In this document: positions 41,158 to 51,695 of the stretch, piece after piece
How positions within the stretch are numbered: the stretch's first letter is position 1
How the letters are laid out: every line of letters begins with the position of its first letter
Assembly (NCBI GenBank): GCA_963665815.1
Contig: OY762463.1
Coordinates: forward strand, 2,688,001-2,752,000
Source: Candidatus Cloacimonadales bacterium
Lineage (GTDB): Bacteria; Cloacimonadota; Cloacimonadia; Cloacimonadales; JAIOQZ01
DNA length: 64,000 nucleotides
Direction of reading: 5' to 3'
Translations under genes and position numbers: made by a program
The notes under the pieces: generated by a model
The model's database searches: none
The model's input: the letters and a program-made list of their open reading frames with translations, nothing else
Told to the model about the DNA's origin: nothing

Positions 41158-44100
41158 ATGAAACTAAAAAACATTCGTATCAGCATCAAGCTTCTTGTTG
41201 TCAGTCTCGTGCTGGTCGTCGCATCATTATTGATCTTAGGTTTTGTTAACCTGAAGCTTACCAGGGATAGCGTTTACGATCTTGTTGAATCCTCGTTGAA
41301 CGAACAGACGCAAACGGCAATGACATTGGCCAAGCATGGTCTGAATGCTGCATCAGTATCACTTGAAAAGAGTATTGACATGCTTAACAAGCTTGTGAAT
41401 GCACAAGGTGGATTTCAGATTAACACGAAAGCTGAAGTAAATGTGCGAGCTGTTAACCAGGTTACCAGAAAAGCATCTGATATTTCAATCCCAAGGATGC
41501 AGATTAACAAGCAACAGGTGTATAGAAATTACGATATAGTTGATGAAGTAAGAACGCTGAACAATGTCAGTGCAACAATTTTCCAGATTATTCCGGACGG
41601 TATGCTTCGCATATCAACCAATGTGGTTAAGGATAATCAGGAAAGGGCTGTAGACACATATATACCGACAGATTCACCAGTGTACAAAACCATAATGGAA
41701 GGAAAAACATATTCCGGTATTGCTACGATACTTGGAAAACCATACTTCACAATATACAGTCCTGTTAAAGATAATCAGAATCGAATTATCGGTGCATTAT
41801 ATGCAGGTAATCCTGTAAATTCTGCAATGATTGCAACAATTGAAATGGTTAATTCAGCCAAAGTAGGAAAAACAGGTTACATGTACATCATGGATAGTGA
41901 TGGAGTTCTATTACAGCATCCAACAAGTATTGGAAAGAGCATCCTTTCACATGATTTCACAAAGGAAATGGTGGAAAAGAAAAACGGAGTTATCGTTTAC
42001 GAATGGGAGGGACGTGACAAGATTACCTCATATAAGTATAACGAAGATCTCGACTGGATTATAGCTTCAGGTTCATACTTCGAAGATTACACCAGCATTC
42101 TTGGTAAAATTGGTGGAGCGATCATTATTGCGATCATTATTGCTTCTATTGTTGCATTAATTATGATGATGCTCTTGAGTCGACACATTAATACCGGTGT
42201 ACTGGACATCGTATCTCAAGTTTCTACACTCACTGAAAGTGTACAACTTGGTAAACTGGACCTTCGAGGTGAACCGGAAGAGACTTTTATAGATTTCCGG
42301 TCTATCATTTCAGGAATTAATGGTGTTATTGATGTGTTTGTAGAACCTATAAATCTTACTGCAGAGTATGTTGATAGAATCAGTAAGGGCGATCTTCCTC
42401 CAAAGATTACCGATACATATCATGGAGATTTTAATGAGATTAAAAATAATTTAAATCAGTGTATAGATGTTATCTCTGAATTGTTGAAAGAGACAGAGAG
42501 AATGATTGATTCTGCAAAACAAGGTCAGCTTGATCAACGTGGTGATGCAGATGCATATCAACATGGCTGGAAGGACCTGGTACGTGGTATTAACGAACTG
42601 GTTGATACTTTTGTTGCACCTATTAATCTTACTGCAGAGTATGTGGATCGTATCAGTAAGGGTGATCTACCTCCTAAAATTACTGAAACCTATTATGGTG
42701 ATTTCAATGAAATAAAAAACAATTTGAATCAGTGTATAGACGTGCTTAATAGTTTTGTGACTGATATGAAATATATGAGTGATCAACAGGATGAAGGGGA
42801 TATTGACGTATTTATGCCTGCTGAAAACTATTTCGGGGCATACAATGTGATGGCGCAAGGATCAAACGAAATGGTGAAATCCCACATTAATGCTGTTCTT
42901 GATATGATCCGTATCATTGGGGCCTTTGGAAATGGTGAATTCGATGTTCAAATGGACCAATACCCGGGTAAAAAACAGATTATAAATAACAGTGTAGAAG
43001 CAGTGCGTGCAAACCTGAAAAGCGTTAATGCTCAAGTACAGGAACTTATTGATGCAGTCAGGGAAGGAAAACTGGATATCCGTGGTGATGCAGAAAAATA
43101 TAAAGGTGACTGGAACAGGATGTTCTCAGGTTTAAATGAATTAGTAGACTCATTCGTAGCTCCTATCAATTTTACCGCAGAATATGTTGATCGCATCAGT
43201 AAAGGTAATCTACCGCCAAAGATTACTGATGTTTATTATGGTGACTTCAATGAAATTAAACATAACTTTAATCAGTTGATTGACGTATTAAATGATTTTA
43301 TCACTGACATGAAAAATATGAGTGATGAGCATGATGCTGGAGATATTGATATTGTTATGCCGGCCTCCAAGTATGACGGTGCATATCGACAAATGGCTCA
43401 GGGTGTAAATAATATGGTTGATGGTCACATAAGTATTATCAAGAAGGCAATGGCTTGTGTCAAAGCTTTTGGTGAAGGTAATTTTGATGCTTCAATCGAG
43501 CAATTTCCGGGTAAGAAAGCATTCATCAACGATATTATCGAAGCTGTTCGTTCAAACCTGAAGGGTATCAGTGAACAAGTTCAGGATCAGATAGATGCTG
43601 CTAAACAAGGTGACCTGAAAGACAGGGCTGATGTAGACGAATTCAGTGGTGGCTGGAAGGATATGGTGGCAGGCATCAACGATCTTCTCGACGCGATTGT
43701 CACACCAATAAATGAAGTAATGCATGTTATGGCGAGATTAGCCGACAAGGAATTAAGTGTACGAGTTTCCGGTAATTACAAAGGTGACCTGAACGAGTTT
43801 AAGCAGAATGTAAACAATGCAGCAGACAATCTGGATGATGCACTCAGTCAGGTTGATGCCGCAGTAGATCAGATTGGCAGTGCTGCTGAACAAATAGGTA
43901 GTGGTGGTCAGAGTCTGGCAGAGGGCACATCCGAGATGGCTAGTAGTCTTGAGGAGATTGCCAGCAGTCTGGAAGAGGTGAACAGTTTGACAGTTAATAA
44001 TGCAGATAATGCGAAAGCTGGTTTAAACTTGAGCAATCAGGTATTGATTAACGTTTCTAAAGGAAACGATGCCATGGGTTCAATGACAGAAGCAATGAAC

Positions 44101-44739
44101 AGTATCAGCAAGTCAGCTGAGGAAACAGGCAAAATTATCAAGACTATTGATGAGATAGCTTTCCAAACCAACCTGCTCGCACTGAATGCAGCAGTTGAGG
44201 CTGCTCACGCCGGTGAAGCAGGCAAAGGATTTGCTGTTGTGGCTGAAGAGGTGAAGAATCTTGCATTACGCAGTGCTGAGGCTGCTAAGAATACAAGTGA
44301 ACTCATTGCCGGCTCATTGAAGAACAGCGAGGTTGGAAGCAAGATTGTGCAACAGGTGACTGAATCATTCGATGAAATTCGCACAAGCTTTGAAAAGGTA
44401 AACAGTATAGTAAATGAAATCAGTGCATCGAGTGATGAGCAAGCCCAGGGTATAGGTCAAGTAAATACAGCAATTAACGAATTGAACAAGCTCACTCAAC
44501 GCAATGCAGCTAATGCTGAGGAATCAGCGAGTGCTGCAGAGGAACTGAATAGTCAGAGTGCTGAATTGGGCAATATGGTAGCCAAATTTACTCTGTCAAA
44601 GACAATGTCTTCAAAACGGCATAAACCGGGAAAAGATCGTCGTCAGCAAATGCAGATAACTGATAGACCGAAAGATTTATATGAAGTAGATCCCCGGGAG
44701 CAGTTACCTCTTGATGATGATGAATTTGGTGATTTCTAA
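41158..44739 (+). CDS. Methyl-accepting chemotaxis protein with Cache sensor and poly-HAMP linker
   Basis: [33 protein letters not shown] signalling hairpin; Cache motifs ([16 protein letters not shown]); C-terminal EFGDF. Confidence 0.95.
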   Translation: MKLKNIRISIKLLVVSLVLVVASLLILGFVNLKLTRDSVYDLVESSLNEQTQTAMTLAKHGLNAASVSLEKSIDMLNKLVNAQGGFQINTKAEVNVRAVNQVTRKASDISIPRMQINKQQVYRNYDIVDEVRTLNNVSATIFQIIPDGMLRISTNVVKDNQERAVDTYIPTDSPVYKTIMEGKTYSGIATILGKPYFTIYSPVKDNQNRIIGALYAGNPVNSAMIATIEMVNSAKVGKTGYMYIMDSDGVLLQHPTSIGKSILSHDFTKEMVEKKNGVIVYEWEGRDKITSYKYNEDLDWIIASGSYFEDYTSILGKIGGAIIIAIIIASIVALIMMMLLSRHINTGVLDIVSQVSTLTESVQLGKLDLRGEPEETFIDFRSIISGINGVIDVFVEPINLTAEYVDRISKGDLPPKITDTYHGDFNEIKNNLNQCIDVISELLKETERMIDSAKQGQLDQRGDADAYQHGWKDLVRGINELVDTFVAPINLTAEYVDRISKGDLPPKITETYYGDFNEIKNNLNQCIDVLNSFVTDMKYMSDQQDEGDIDVFMPAENYFGAYNVMAQGSNEMVKSHINAVLDMIRIIGAFGNGEFDVQMDQYPGKKQIINNSVEAVRANLKSVNAQVQELIDAVREGKLDIRGDAEKYKGDWNRMFSGLNELVDSFVAPINFTAEYVDRISKGNLPPKITDVYYGDFNEIKHNFNQLIDVLNDFITDMKNMSDEHDAGDIDIVMPASKYDGAYRQMAQGVNNMVDGHISIIKKAMACVKAFGEGNFDASIEQFPGKKAFINDIIEAVRSNLKGISEQVQDQIDAAKQGDLKDRADVDEFSGGWKDMVAGINDLLDAIVTPINEVMHVMARLADKELSVRVSGNYKGDLNEFKQNVNNAADNLDDALSQVDAAVDQIGSAAEQIGSGGQSLAEGTSEMASSLEEIASSLEEVNSLTVNNADNAKAGLNLSNQVLINVSKGNDAMGSMTEAMNSISKSAEETGKIIKTIDEIAFQTNLLALNAAVEAAHAGEAGKGFAVVAEEVKNLALRSAEAAKNTSELIAGSLKNSEVGSKIVQQVTESFDEIRTSFEKVNSIVNEISASSDEQAQGIGQVNTAINELNKLTQRNAANAEESASAAEELNSQSAELGNMVAKFTLSKTMSSKRHKPGKDRRQQMQITDRPKDLYEVDPREQLPLDDDEFGDF
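42346..43286 (+). repeat. Three internal HAMP-unit repeats in MCP
   Basis: PIN(L/F)[11 protein letters not shown](D/N)[20 protein letters not shown] near 42346, 42619, 43162. Confidence 0.85.
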
Positions 44740-44790
44740 TCCGAAAGTCACACATCATTTGTTGCCATTGATCATAGAATAATATATAAT

Positions 44791-44823
44791 GCCCCTTCTT
44801 TTAATAAGATGGGGCTTTTTTTT
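44791..44823 (+). terminator. MCP terminator
   Basis: gcccc...ggggc hairpin followed by T-run. Confidence 0.75.
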
Positions 44824-45000
44824 GTTGAAGTTATTAAAACAGAACATAATGTTCTATTGGGACTGTTCACACTAACAGGTAAAAACGAGTATATCCTTTT
44901 TAAAATTGCTCAATCAAATAAACTTATCGACAAAAAATATATCTGCACTTAGATCATACGATACTTATATTCTATCTATATCAGTTATTTATTACCTACA

Positions 45001-45029
45001 AAAAAAGGACTGCTAATTAAGCAGTCCTT
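45001..45029 (-). terminator. Terminator for secreted-protein pair
   Basis: aaggactgc-taattaa-gcagtcctt preceded by A-run. Confidence 0.75.
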
Positions 45030-45052
45030 ATATATTTAACAAATCTGTATTA

Positions 45053-46561
45053 TTATTTAGAAAGCTTCATTACTTTCTTAACTGTACTTGTTCTTTTGAT
45101 AACATCTTTTTGAGTGCTGCTGGAAAATACCTGTGTATTTATTGATGATGGTGTATTTGAAGGTACTTGAGAGTCAGCAACTCCCGCTGAGAATAATGAA
45201 GCCCATAATGAATTATCTGAGCTGAGTACAGAAGCATCAAAGTTAAGGTCTTCTGTATGATAGCCATCAGAAACACCAGATGAGAAAGCGTTTACCCATT
45301 GAGTATTATCTGAGGAAACAAGGTATCCGTCACCATTGATATCTCCACAATAGATCGCCCAGACTCCGGTTTCAACTTCAACTACGGCTACAGGACCGGT
45401 TGTATAAGAATTGGCAGCTGCTATAGAGAAGTCAATCATATTAGCTGTTGCAGCAGAACCTGTGAATGAGACAATAGACGCAGACATGATGTCCATGTGG
45501 TTTCTATGACGGAGTACAATATAATAGTCTCCTGGAGTTGCACTGTCAAACTTCATGTAATCTACAGTATTATCTGTTGCGTATTCTATACCGACGATAG
45601 ATCCGTCGTCTTTTATAAGCATTGATTTCTGTTGTACTGTTACTCCGTCAACAGTTGCTCTGAGCTCAACTGAAATCCAGTCAACAACATCTGCCGGCAT
45701 AGCTGCAACAGTAGCAGCATCAGCGTATGGAGATGTAAGCGGAAGGTAATTGTTAGCATTGAGGGTCAGATTCATTGATTGTGAGCTTGTATATGCACCC
45801 TGAAGGAATGCTTTTGCTTTTACATAAGAAACCGTACTTCCCTGAAGTCCTTCACCGTTAACTTTAACATATCTTGTAGCTGCTGAAGATGTTGTAAGGT
45901 TGATATATCCTGAAGATTCACCAATAGTTGATGGTCTGAATCTAACATAAACTACAGTTTCTGCAATTTCACCGGCTGATGGTGTGATATTCAGAGTATT
46001 TGAAAAAGTTGTAAAATTATCAAGAGAGAATTCGTAACCGGCTGGTGCTGATATTACAACATCACTGCTTGTAAGGTCATATCCCTTGATAACAAATGTA
46101 TGTATTTCACTTGAGCTGCCTGTTTCAACCTGGCCATACTCGCTTGAATATCCATAAGGATTAACATAAATTCTTGGAGAAGTCGTATTGAGTGGGAAGG
46201 GATTAGCAGTATTATATACCGGAGACCCTGCTCCCTGAATCTGTACTGTCATTGTTCCGGCATAAACTCCATTATAGAAGAAATCTGCATCCATAAGATC
46301 ATCTTCTTCCCATGGGGTTTCAAAGTTACCGACATTCATACCAACAATTCCATAAGTACTGTTGTAGTGTGAACCGTATGAACTTTCAGTAAGAATTTCT
46401 GCCGGTCTGTCGATCATGTAACCGCGTGCAGTAATAGTACCGTCAGCAGGATAAACTCCACTGGAAATTTCTACAACAGTTCCGATATTTTTAGGCATTC
46501 CGGCTGCATAAACTGAAACAACTGCCAATAAAACTAATAATATAAGTATGTTTCTTTTCAT
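45053..46561 (-). CDS. Secreted Ig-like protein with C-terminal dockerin/EF-hand-like motifs
   Basis: Signal peptide; VKAKAFLQGAY, VVDWISVELR, HRNH, GDINGDG and DLNFD motifs. Confidence 0.65.
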   Translation of the reverse strand: MKRNILILLVLLAVVSVYAAGMPKNIGTVVEISSGVYPADGTITARGYMIDRPAEILTESSYGSHYNSTYGIVGMNVGNFETPWEEDDLMDADFFYNGVYAGTMTVQIQGAGSPVYNTANPFPLNTTSPRIYVNPYGYSSEYGQVETGSSSEIHTFVIKGYDLTSSDVVISAPAGYEFSLDNFTTFSNTLNITPSAGEIAETVVYVRFRPSTIGESSGYINLTTSSAATRYVKVNGEGLQGSTVSYVKAKAFLQGAYTSSQSMNLTLNANNYLPLTSPYADAATVAAMPADVVDWISVELRATVDGVTVQQKSMLIKDDGSIVGIEYATDNTVDYMKFDSATPGDYYIVLRHRNHMDIMSASIVSFTGSAATANMIDFSIAAANSYTTGPVAVVEVETGVWAIYCGDINGDGYLVSSDNTQWVNAFSSGVSDGYHTEDLNFDASVLSSDNSLWASLFSAGVADSQVPSNTPSSINTQVFSSSTQKDVIKRTSTVKKVMKLSK

Positions 46562-46563
46562 GA

Positions 46564-47172
46564 TTAATCTCCTTGAACAGTTGGCCATACAGTTTCTGAT
46601 GTAACAGTAACAACATAGCCCATACCGGTTGTGACGTTCCAGACAGTTTCTGAACCTGTGTATTCAACCCAGTCCTGTGCTGTCTTATCATATTGCATAA
46701 CGCTTGAACAACCAGGGATAGCATTCATTAACTGAGCACAGTCAGTGATATCGGATTGTTCGAAAGGAAGCATTATAAGATTTTTTCCTGATTTCAATGT
46801 ATAGCTTGCATTCTGCACCGGTTTACCATAAACATAGAATGAACTTCCTGCACTCACATGACACATGTAAGCAGTAGCAGGATCTACATTCCAGTCTGGT
46901 GTCCATGGCTGAGCATCGTAGGATTTCCACATTTGAGAATCAGGATTCCAGAAAGATACGTTTTCGCAATTTGTAATGTTATTGTAAATACTGCTTATGT
47001 TTGTTCCGGCTGTAACCTGAAAAGGAGTTGTAAAAACATTATAACCGGAAGAACCATCATTTCCAAGGTCGAATTTTACAAAACCGACAACCTCGGATGG
47101 ATCTGATTCAATTGCGCATAGAAGCAGGGGTACAATAAGTGTTAAGATAATAAGAAAGTACTTTTTTTTCAT
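46564..47172 (-). CDS. Hypothetical secreted protein with internal duplication
   Basis: Signal peptide; two similar halves (GYN..../GKNL...., W..Y....W.V....Y). Confidence 0.65.
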   Translation of the reverse strand: MKKKYFLIILTLIVPLLLCAIESDPSEVVGFVKFDLGNDGSSGYNVFTTPFQVTAGTNISSIYNNITNCENVSFWNPDSQMWKSYDAQPWTPDWNVDPATAYMCHVSAGSSFYVYGKPVQNASYTLKSGKNLIMLPFEQSDITDCAQLMNAIPGCSSVMQYDKTAQDWVEYTGSETVWNVTTGMGYVVTVTSETVWPTVQGD

Positions 47173-47815
47173 ACACCATTCCTTTGTCTCTTTTTAGTGT
47201 AACAACCATAGTCTATTTGGGAGATGTATGTCAATAAAAAAATCTAATTTAGAATGTTACGACAATGATAGTTTTACAGATGAAAACATTTGCAGTCAAT
47301 AGTAACAGACTTTCAGCCCATGAAATCAGTTCTTCCATTTAGTATTTATGTTACAATTTTAGATACAATATTATACAACTTCATCATACAATAATAAACA
47401 TGTTAATTTATTCCATTAAGATATACTTTTTCTCAATCTTTTATAAAATACTATATAATCAAATATTAATTACAGACAAAAAAATGATATCGGCTTATTC
47501 TTATTAGCAAAAACTTTATAACTATATATTTTTAAAATAATTATTACACTTAAATGACTGTGTTTCGATATAAACACCTTCGTTTTCATATGGAATCTTC
47601 AGTTATTGATCTGTTATCAGGATAAACTTCTATTGTCAACTAAATCCAATATTAGAATAAGCTCTAAAATCATGTCATAATAACCAATAATAAATGATAC
47701 AATTATTATTCATAAATAGCTTGTTATATAAAAAAGGTTCATAATATTGAAAAATAATATTGACATAGAAAATTTAAATAATAGTATTTGTCTGTTTTTG
47801 GATAAAGGAGTTTAA

Positions 47816-48703
47816 ATGGTCGGATATTTATCATTAGCAAAAGCTGCTGATTATCTCGGTTTTCACCCCGAGGTTTTACGGAAAAAGGCATCCCATAACG
47901 AGATTCCTGCCCGTAAAGTTGGAAAGGGAAAGAAAGCACCCTGGCGTTTTGTTAAAGATGAACTTGATGAGTGGATTTCCAATAATCGTAAAATAGAACA
48001 GACTGTTTCAGAGTTCTCTCTGCATGAAAAACATATACTCAGCAATCTTAAGCATACTGATGATATTGAAAAGCAGGAAGAAATGGTCGATACTCTCGGC
48101 GTTGTCGGTTCCGAATTCTGTATAGATGAACTTGTGAAGTTTCTTCAATCACCTTTCGATAATTTAAGATGGCTGACTGTAAGGAGTATAATTTCTATTT
48201 TAAGAGACAAGTCAAAAGAGTACTTATATGATATGCAATTTACAGATCCTTATTTGAAAGTAAGAATATGGATTGCAGGTTACTTCGCAAAACAGGGTGA
48301 TAAGATATCTATACAGAACCTGAAGGATATCTATAATCACAGCAGTGGAAAATATAAACGCTATTGCGTTTACAAACTTGTTGATGTAGAACCGAATAAT
48401 CCTCAGGCTATACAGACAATTCGCGATGGATTGAAGAGTGACCAGCCGGTCATCAGATATAACAGCGTAAGACAATTAAAGGAAATGAATTATCCTGAAC
48501 TTGAGGATGATTTAGTAATGTTCATTTCAACAGAAAAAGAAGAAAAAATTTTGTTAAAAGGAATTGAAGTTGCCGGTCAGAAGAAAATTCAGAAATCTAT
48601 ACCATTTTTGCAGAAGATTATTCAGGAAAGCACAAATGATGTAGTAAAAAGGAAATCTGCTCTGGCAATTGCAGAAATGTTTTCAACTAAACAACAAACA
48701 TAA
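47816..48703 (+). CDS. Excisionase-like HTH (HTH_17) DNA-binding protein fused to HEAT repeats
   Basis: YLSLAKAADYLG...IPARKVG...WRF...LDEW; HEAT-like helices (DPYLKVR, DQPVIRYNSV, NDVVKRKSALAI). Confidence 0.75.
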   Translation: MVGYLSLAKAADYLGFHPEVLRKKASHNEIPARKVGKGKKAPWRFVKDELDEWISNNRKIEQTVSEFSLHEKHILSNLKHTDDIEKQEEMVDTLGVVGSEFCIDELVKFLQSPFDNLRWLTVRSIISILRDKSKEYLYDMQFTDPYLKVRIWIAGYFAKQGDKISIQNLKDIYNHSSGKYKRYCVYKLVDVEPNNPQAIQTIRDGLKSDQPVIRYNSVRQLKEMNYPELEDDLVMFISTEKEEKILLKGIEVAGQKKIQKSIPFLQKIIQESTNDVVKRKSALAIAEMFSTKQQT

Positions 48704-48719
48704 AACCAATGGAGGAATA

Positions 48720-49949
48720 ATGAGAGCAAGAATGATACTTTTATCAGCTTTGTTTTTAATTTGTCTCAGCAGTATGAATGCTGCAACTATAACTTATGAA
48801 GCCGTTACAGACGGAACAGTAGCAAGTCCTAACTATACTTTACTTCCTTGGCCTGATGGCTCTAATGAAACAGTTAACTTGCCTTTTTTTGATACCAGTA
48901 TGGGAACATTAACAAAAGTTGATATTACTGTATCAAATTATCTCAGACAATCTATTTCCGTAACTAATACCGGTGCAGCTCCTGCGAATACAAGAGTAAG
49001 AGCTGGTTGTGATGCCTACTGGAATGGTGTTAGAAATCAGGGTATTGACACTCCTGATATACTCATTCAATACAATACAGGTTATCAAGATTATGCAATT
49101 GGCGAAACAAAGGAATGGAACAACGTAGAAAGTAATAATTCTCAGATATTTGCTTATACTCAAACCAGCGACTTATTGTACTTTTCAAATTCCGGTACTT
49201 TCGATATGACAATATGGACAGAAGAAAATGTTACATTAGCAGGTACAACAAGCAATATCGAAGTTGTTCTCTCTGCAAATGCATATGCTTATGCAAAAGT
49301 TGTATATACCTATGACCCAAGTCTTCCTGTAGAACTTTCTTCCTTCAGTGCAATTCAAACATCAACAAACGATGCGGAAATTATCTGGGAAACTCAATCA
49401 GAAACAGATCATATTGGGTTTAACATCCTTAAAAACGAAACTGAAAATACAGAATCTTCACAGAAAGTTAATGCTGTTATTATCCCAAGTTCAGGTACAT
49501 CAAATGGTGGAGAATATTCATTTGTTGATGATGATGTTGATGAAGAAGTGACCTATTACTACTGGCTTGAAAGTGTTTCCTTCGGTGGAAATGTAGAACT
49601 TTACGGTCCTGTTTCAGTCAGGATTGATTTTAAAGAAGATGAAGAAGAAGATGCACCTAATGAAGCATATGCAATCAATGAAATTAAATCAGTCTATCCA
49701 AATCCATTTAATCCTTTAACAACTATAGAGTACAATATAGTTGAAGACAGTCACGTTAGCATTGAAGTATATAACCTTAAAGGTCAAAGAGTAACAACCC
49801 TTGTTAACGAATACAAGGATGCAAAAACTTATAATGTTACATGGAATGGTAAAACAGATTCAGGAACAGATGTTACTTCAGGTGTATACTTTGTGAAAAT
49901 GCAAACAGAAAACCAGGTTTACACAAAGAAAGTTGTACTAATGAAATAA
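48720..49949 (+). CDS. Secreted choice-of-anchor-E-like protein with FlgD-Ig C-terminal sorting domain
   Basis: Signal peptide; LPFFDTSMGTLTKV; LPVELSSF; YPNPFNP.T.I...YNLKGQ...WNG...SGVYF...KKVVLMK. Confidence 0.75.
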   Translation: MRARMILLSALFLICLSSMNAATITYEAVTDGTVASPNYTLLPWPDGSNETVNLPFFDTSMGTLTKVDITVSNYLRQSISVTNTGAAPANTRVRAGCDAYWNGVRNQGIDTPDILIQYNTGYQDYAIGETKEWNNVESNNSQIFAYTQTSDLLYFSNSGTFDMTIWTEENVTLAGTTSNIEVVLSANAYAYAKVVYTYDPSLPVELSSFSAIQTSTNDAEIIWETQSETDHIGFNILKNETENTESSQKVNAVIIPSSGTSNGGEYSFVDDDVDEEVTYYYWLESVSFGGNVELYGPVSVRIDFKEDEEEDAPNEAYAINEIKSVYPNPFNPLTTIEYNIVEDSHVSIEVYNLKGQRVTTLVNEYKDAKTYNVTWNGKTDSGTDVTSGVYFVKMQTENQVYTKKVVLMK

Positions 49950-49973
49950 ATTAAGATAAACTCCTATTTCTCA

Positions 49974-49997
49974 AGGCTGTCATATGACAGCCTTTTC
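49974..49997 (+). terminator. Rho-independent terminator
   Basis: aaggctgtcatatgacagcctttt. Confidence 0.75.
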
Positions 49998-50065
49998 TTA
50001 TGTCAAAAATCATTGACAAAATTTCATTATAAAATTCCATAAGAAAAATTATATATGAGGACAAT

Positions 50066-51355
50066 ATGTATAAAATAATACTACTTTCTATACTTCTAAT
50101 AGGAATAATGAGCTGTGATAATCCCTCTACAGGTATAAACTCAAATGCTGATGTCTCAGATGAAATAGTTTATAAGGATCTCAAGGGTACAGTAGTTGAC
50201 TGCATTACGTATGAAATATTCAGCAATGCAAAAGTAAAAATTAAGAACGATAAGTACACTTATGAAACTGTGACTGACAGTACAGGGCTTTTCCATTTCA
50301 CTGATATTGCTGCTGGTAACTATACAGTTTTCACCGAACTTGTATGGCAGGGAGTAACTTTCAAAGACTCATTAGAGGATTTTTCAACAGATGATGCCTT
50401 TAGTAAATTTGCATTATGCAAAGTTTCAAGCAGTATTGTGGGTAATATTCTTCATGAAATGCATAGTGCAAACAATTATTCTAATGAAGTAAGTATTATT
50501 GGTACAGATATTAAAAGAGTAGTAGCTTCAAGAACTGACTTCATGATCAACGGAATTATGCCGGGGGATAGGGAGTTTCTAATCATAAATGGAAGTGCTA
50601 CATCTCCTGACTATATCTGGTCAATAAACCTTAAACCAGGTGGAATTCTACCAATTGGGATCTTCGTTCCAAGTATCTTTGATACAGTAAGATACAATTA
50701 CAATGATTATGTATCAGTCAATGAATATAATGGAGAAGATATAGTATTTATCAACGATATATATTATTATGCAATTGATAAATCTCTTTTCAGCTATAAT
50801 CCTGCAACTGAGACTAAAACAGAAATATATAATGATGATAATTGGGCAAACTTCTCTATTTGTACAGATCATGATGACAAAATTTTCATTTCCGGATCTT
50901 ACAGAGATAACTCAGCTACATTTGAAAGAAAATGCTGTGTTTATTCCATTTCAGAGAGTGCTGTGACTGAAACTATTGAATTTGATTTTATTAATTACAG
51001 TACTGAACTGAGTTATTCTATTTTACATAACTCACTGATTCAGATATACGGTGAGACAATCAGAGTTTATGATGTTTCTTCCGGAGCTGCAAATACTACC
51101 TCTTTCGACTATCCTGGTTATCATTCTGACTGCGATTTTTATGTTTGTGAAAATAATAATGTTATTCTGTGGCAAGATGGATTATTCAATATTTACAATA
51201 GTATTGATGATATGACAATTATCAAATCTTTTAAAATCATAAATCCTCATGATCCGGACAAAAGGCTAAATGGAGATGTAAAAATAGTAGAACTGGATGG
51301 TTATTTATACTTAGTAAGTCACAACTGCTTCAGAAGATTGTATTTTGATGAGTGA
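50066..51355 (+). CDS. Lipoprotein with carboxypeptidase-regulatory-like domain
   Basis: Lipobox IMSC; TVTDSTGLFHF..IAAGNYTV. Confidence 0.7.
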   Translation: MYKIILLSILLIGIMSCDNPSTGINSNADVSDEIVYKDLKGTVVDCITYEIFSNAKVKIKNDKYTYETVTDSTGLFHFTDIAAGNYTVFTELVWQGVTFKDSLEDFSTDDAFSKFALCKVSSSIVGNILHEMHSANNYSNEVSIIGTDIKRVVASRTDFMINGIMPGDREFLIINGSATSPDYIWSINLKPGGILPIGIFVPSIFDTVRYNYNDYVSVNEYNGEDIVFINDIYYYAIDKSLFSYNPATETKTEIYNDDNWANFSICTDHDDKIFISGSYRDNSATFERKCCVYSISESAVTETIEFDFINYSTELSYSILHNSLIQIYGETIRVYDVSSGAANTTSFDYPGYHSDCDFYVCENNNVILWQDGLFNIYNSIDDMTIIKSFKIINPHDPDKRLNGDVKIVELDGYLYLVSHNCFRRLYFDE

Positions 51356-51420
51356 TACTATAGAATTGCAAATGAATACTACACTATCCCAATCCCCTTG
51401 CAAGTAATCACAGAAACTTT

Positions 51421-51485
51421 GCAATGGTGGACTTGAATGGTTCTAAAAGCTGTTATAGGAGTGCATTGATTGTGTCAATGCGAAG
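51421..51485 (+). repeat. 65-bp direct repeat, copy 1
   Basis: 58/65 identical to 56103-56167; contains gcattga-ttgtg-tcaatgc hairpin. Confidence 0.9.
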
Positions 51486-51567
51486 TCGACATAGTCGATT
51501 TGCTCCGATATTTAAGCCAACCCTACGATTGTCTCTACGCGGTGTATGAACAGCAGAGAGTTTTCAG

Positions 51568-51595
51568 ATGTAGAGACGTTGCATGCAACGTCTAA
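51568..51595 (+). repeat. GTAG-type REP-like palindrome, left copy
   Basis: atgtagagacgttgcatgcaacgtctaa; exact reverse complement of 55942-55969. Confidence 0.9.
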
Positions 51596-51695
51596 ATATA
51601 CTCCCTGAAGGAGGTTAATTGCATTTAAGCGAGCTCAAGTCTTTCCAAACTTCGTTTGTAACAACTCAAGTTCACGCATAGATTTTTCACCATGA

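Noticed and set aside
47816-47990. Prophage or ICE excisionase
   Set aside because: The HTH is fused to HEAT repeats and there is no integrase or phage gene nearby
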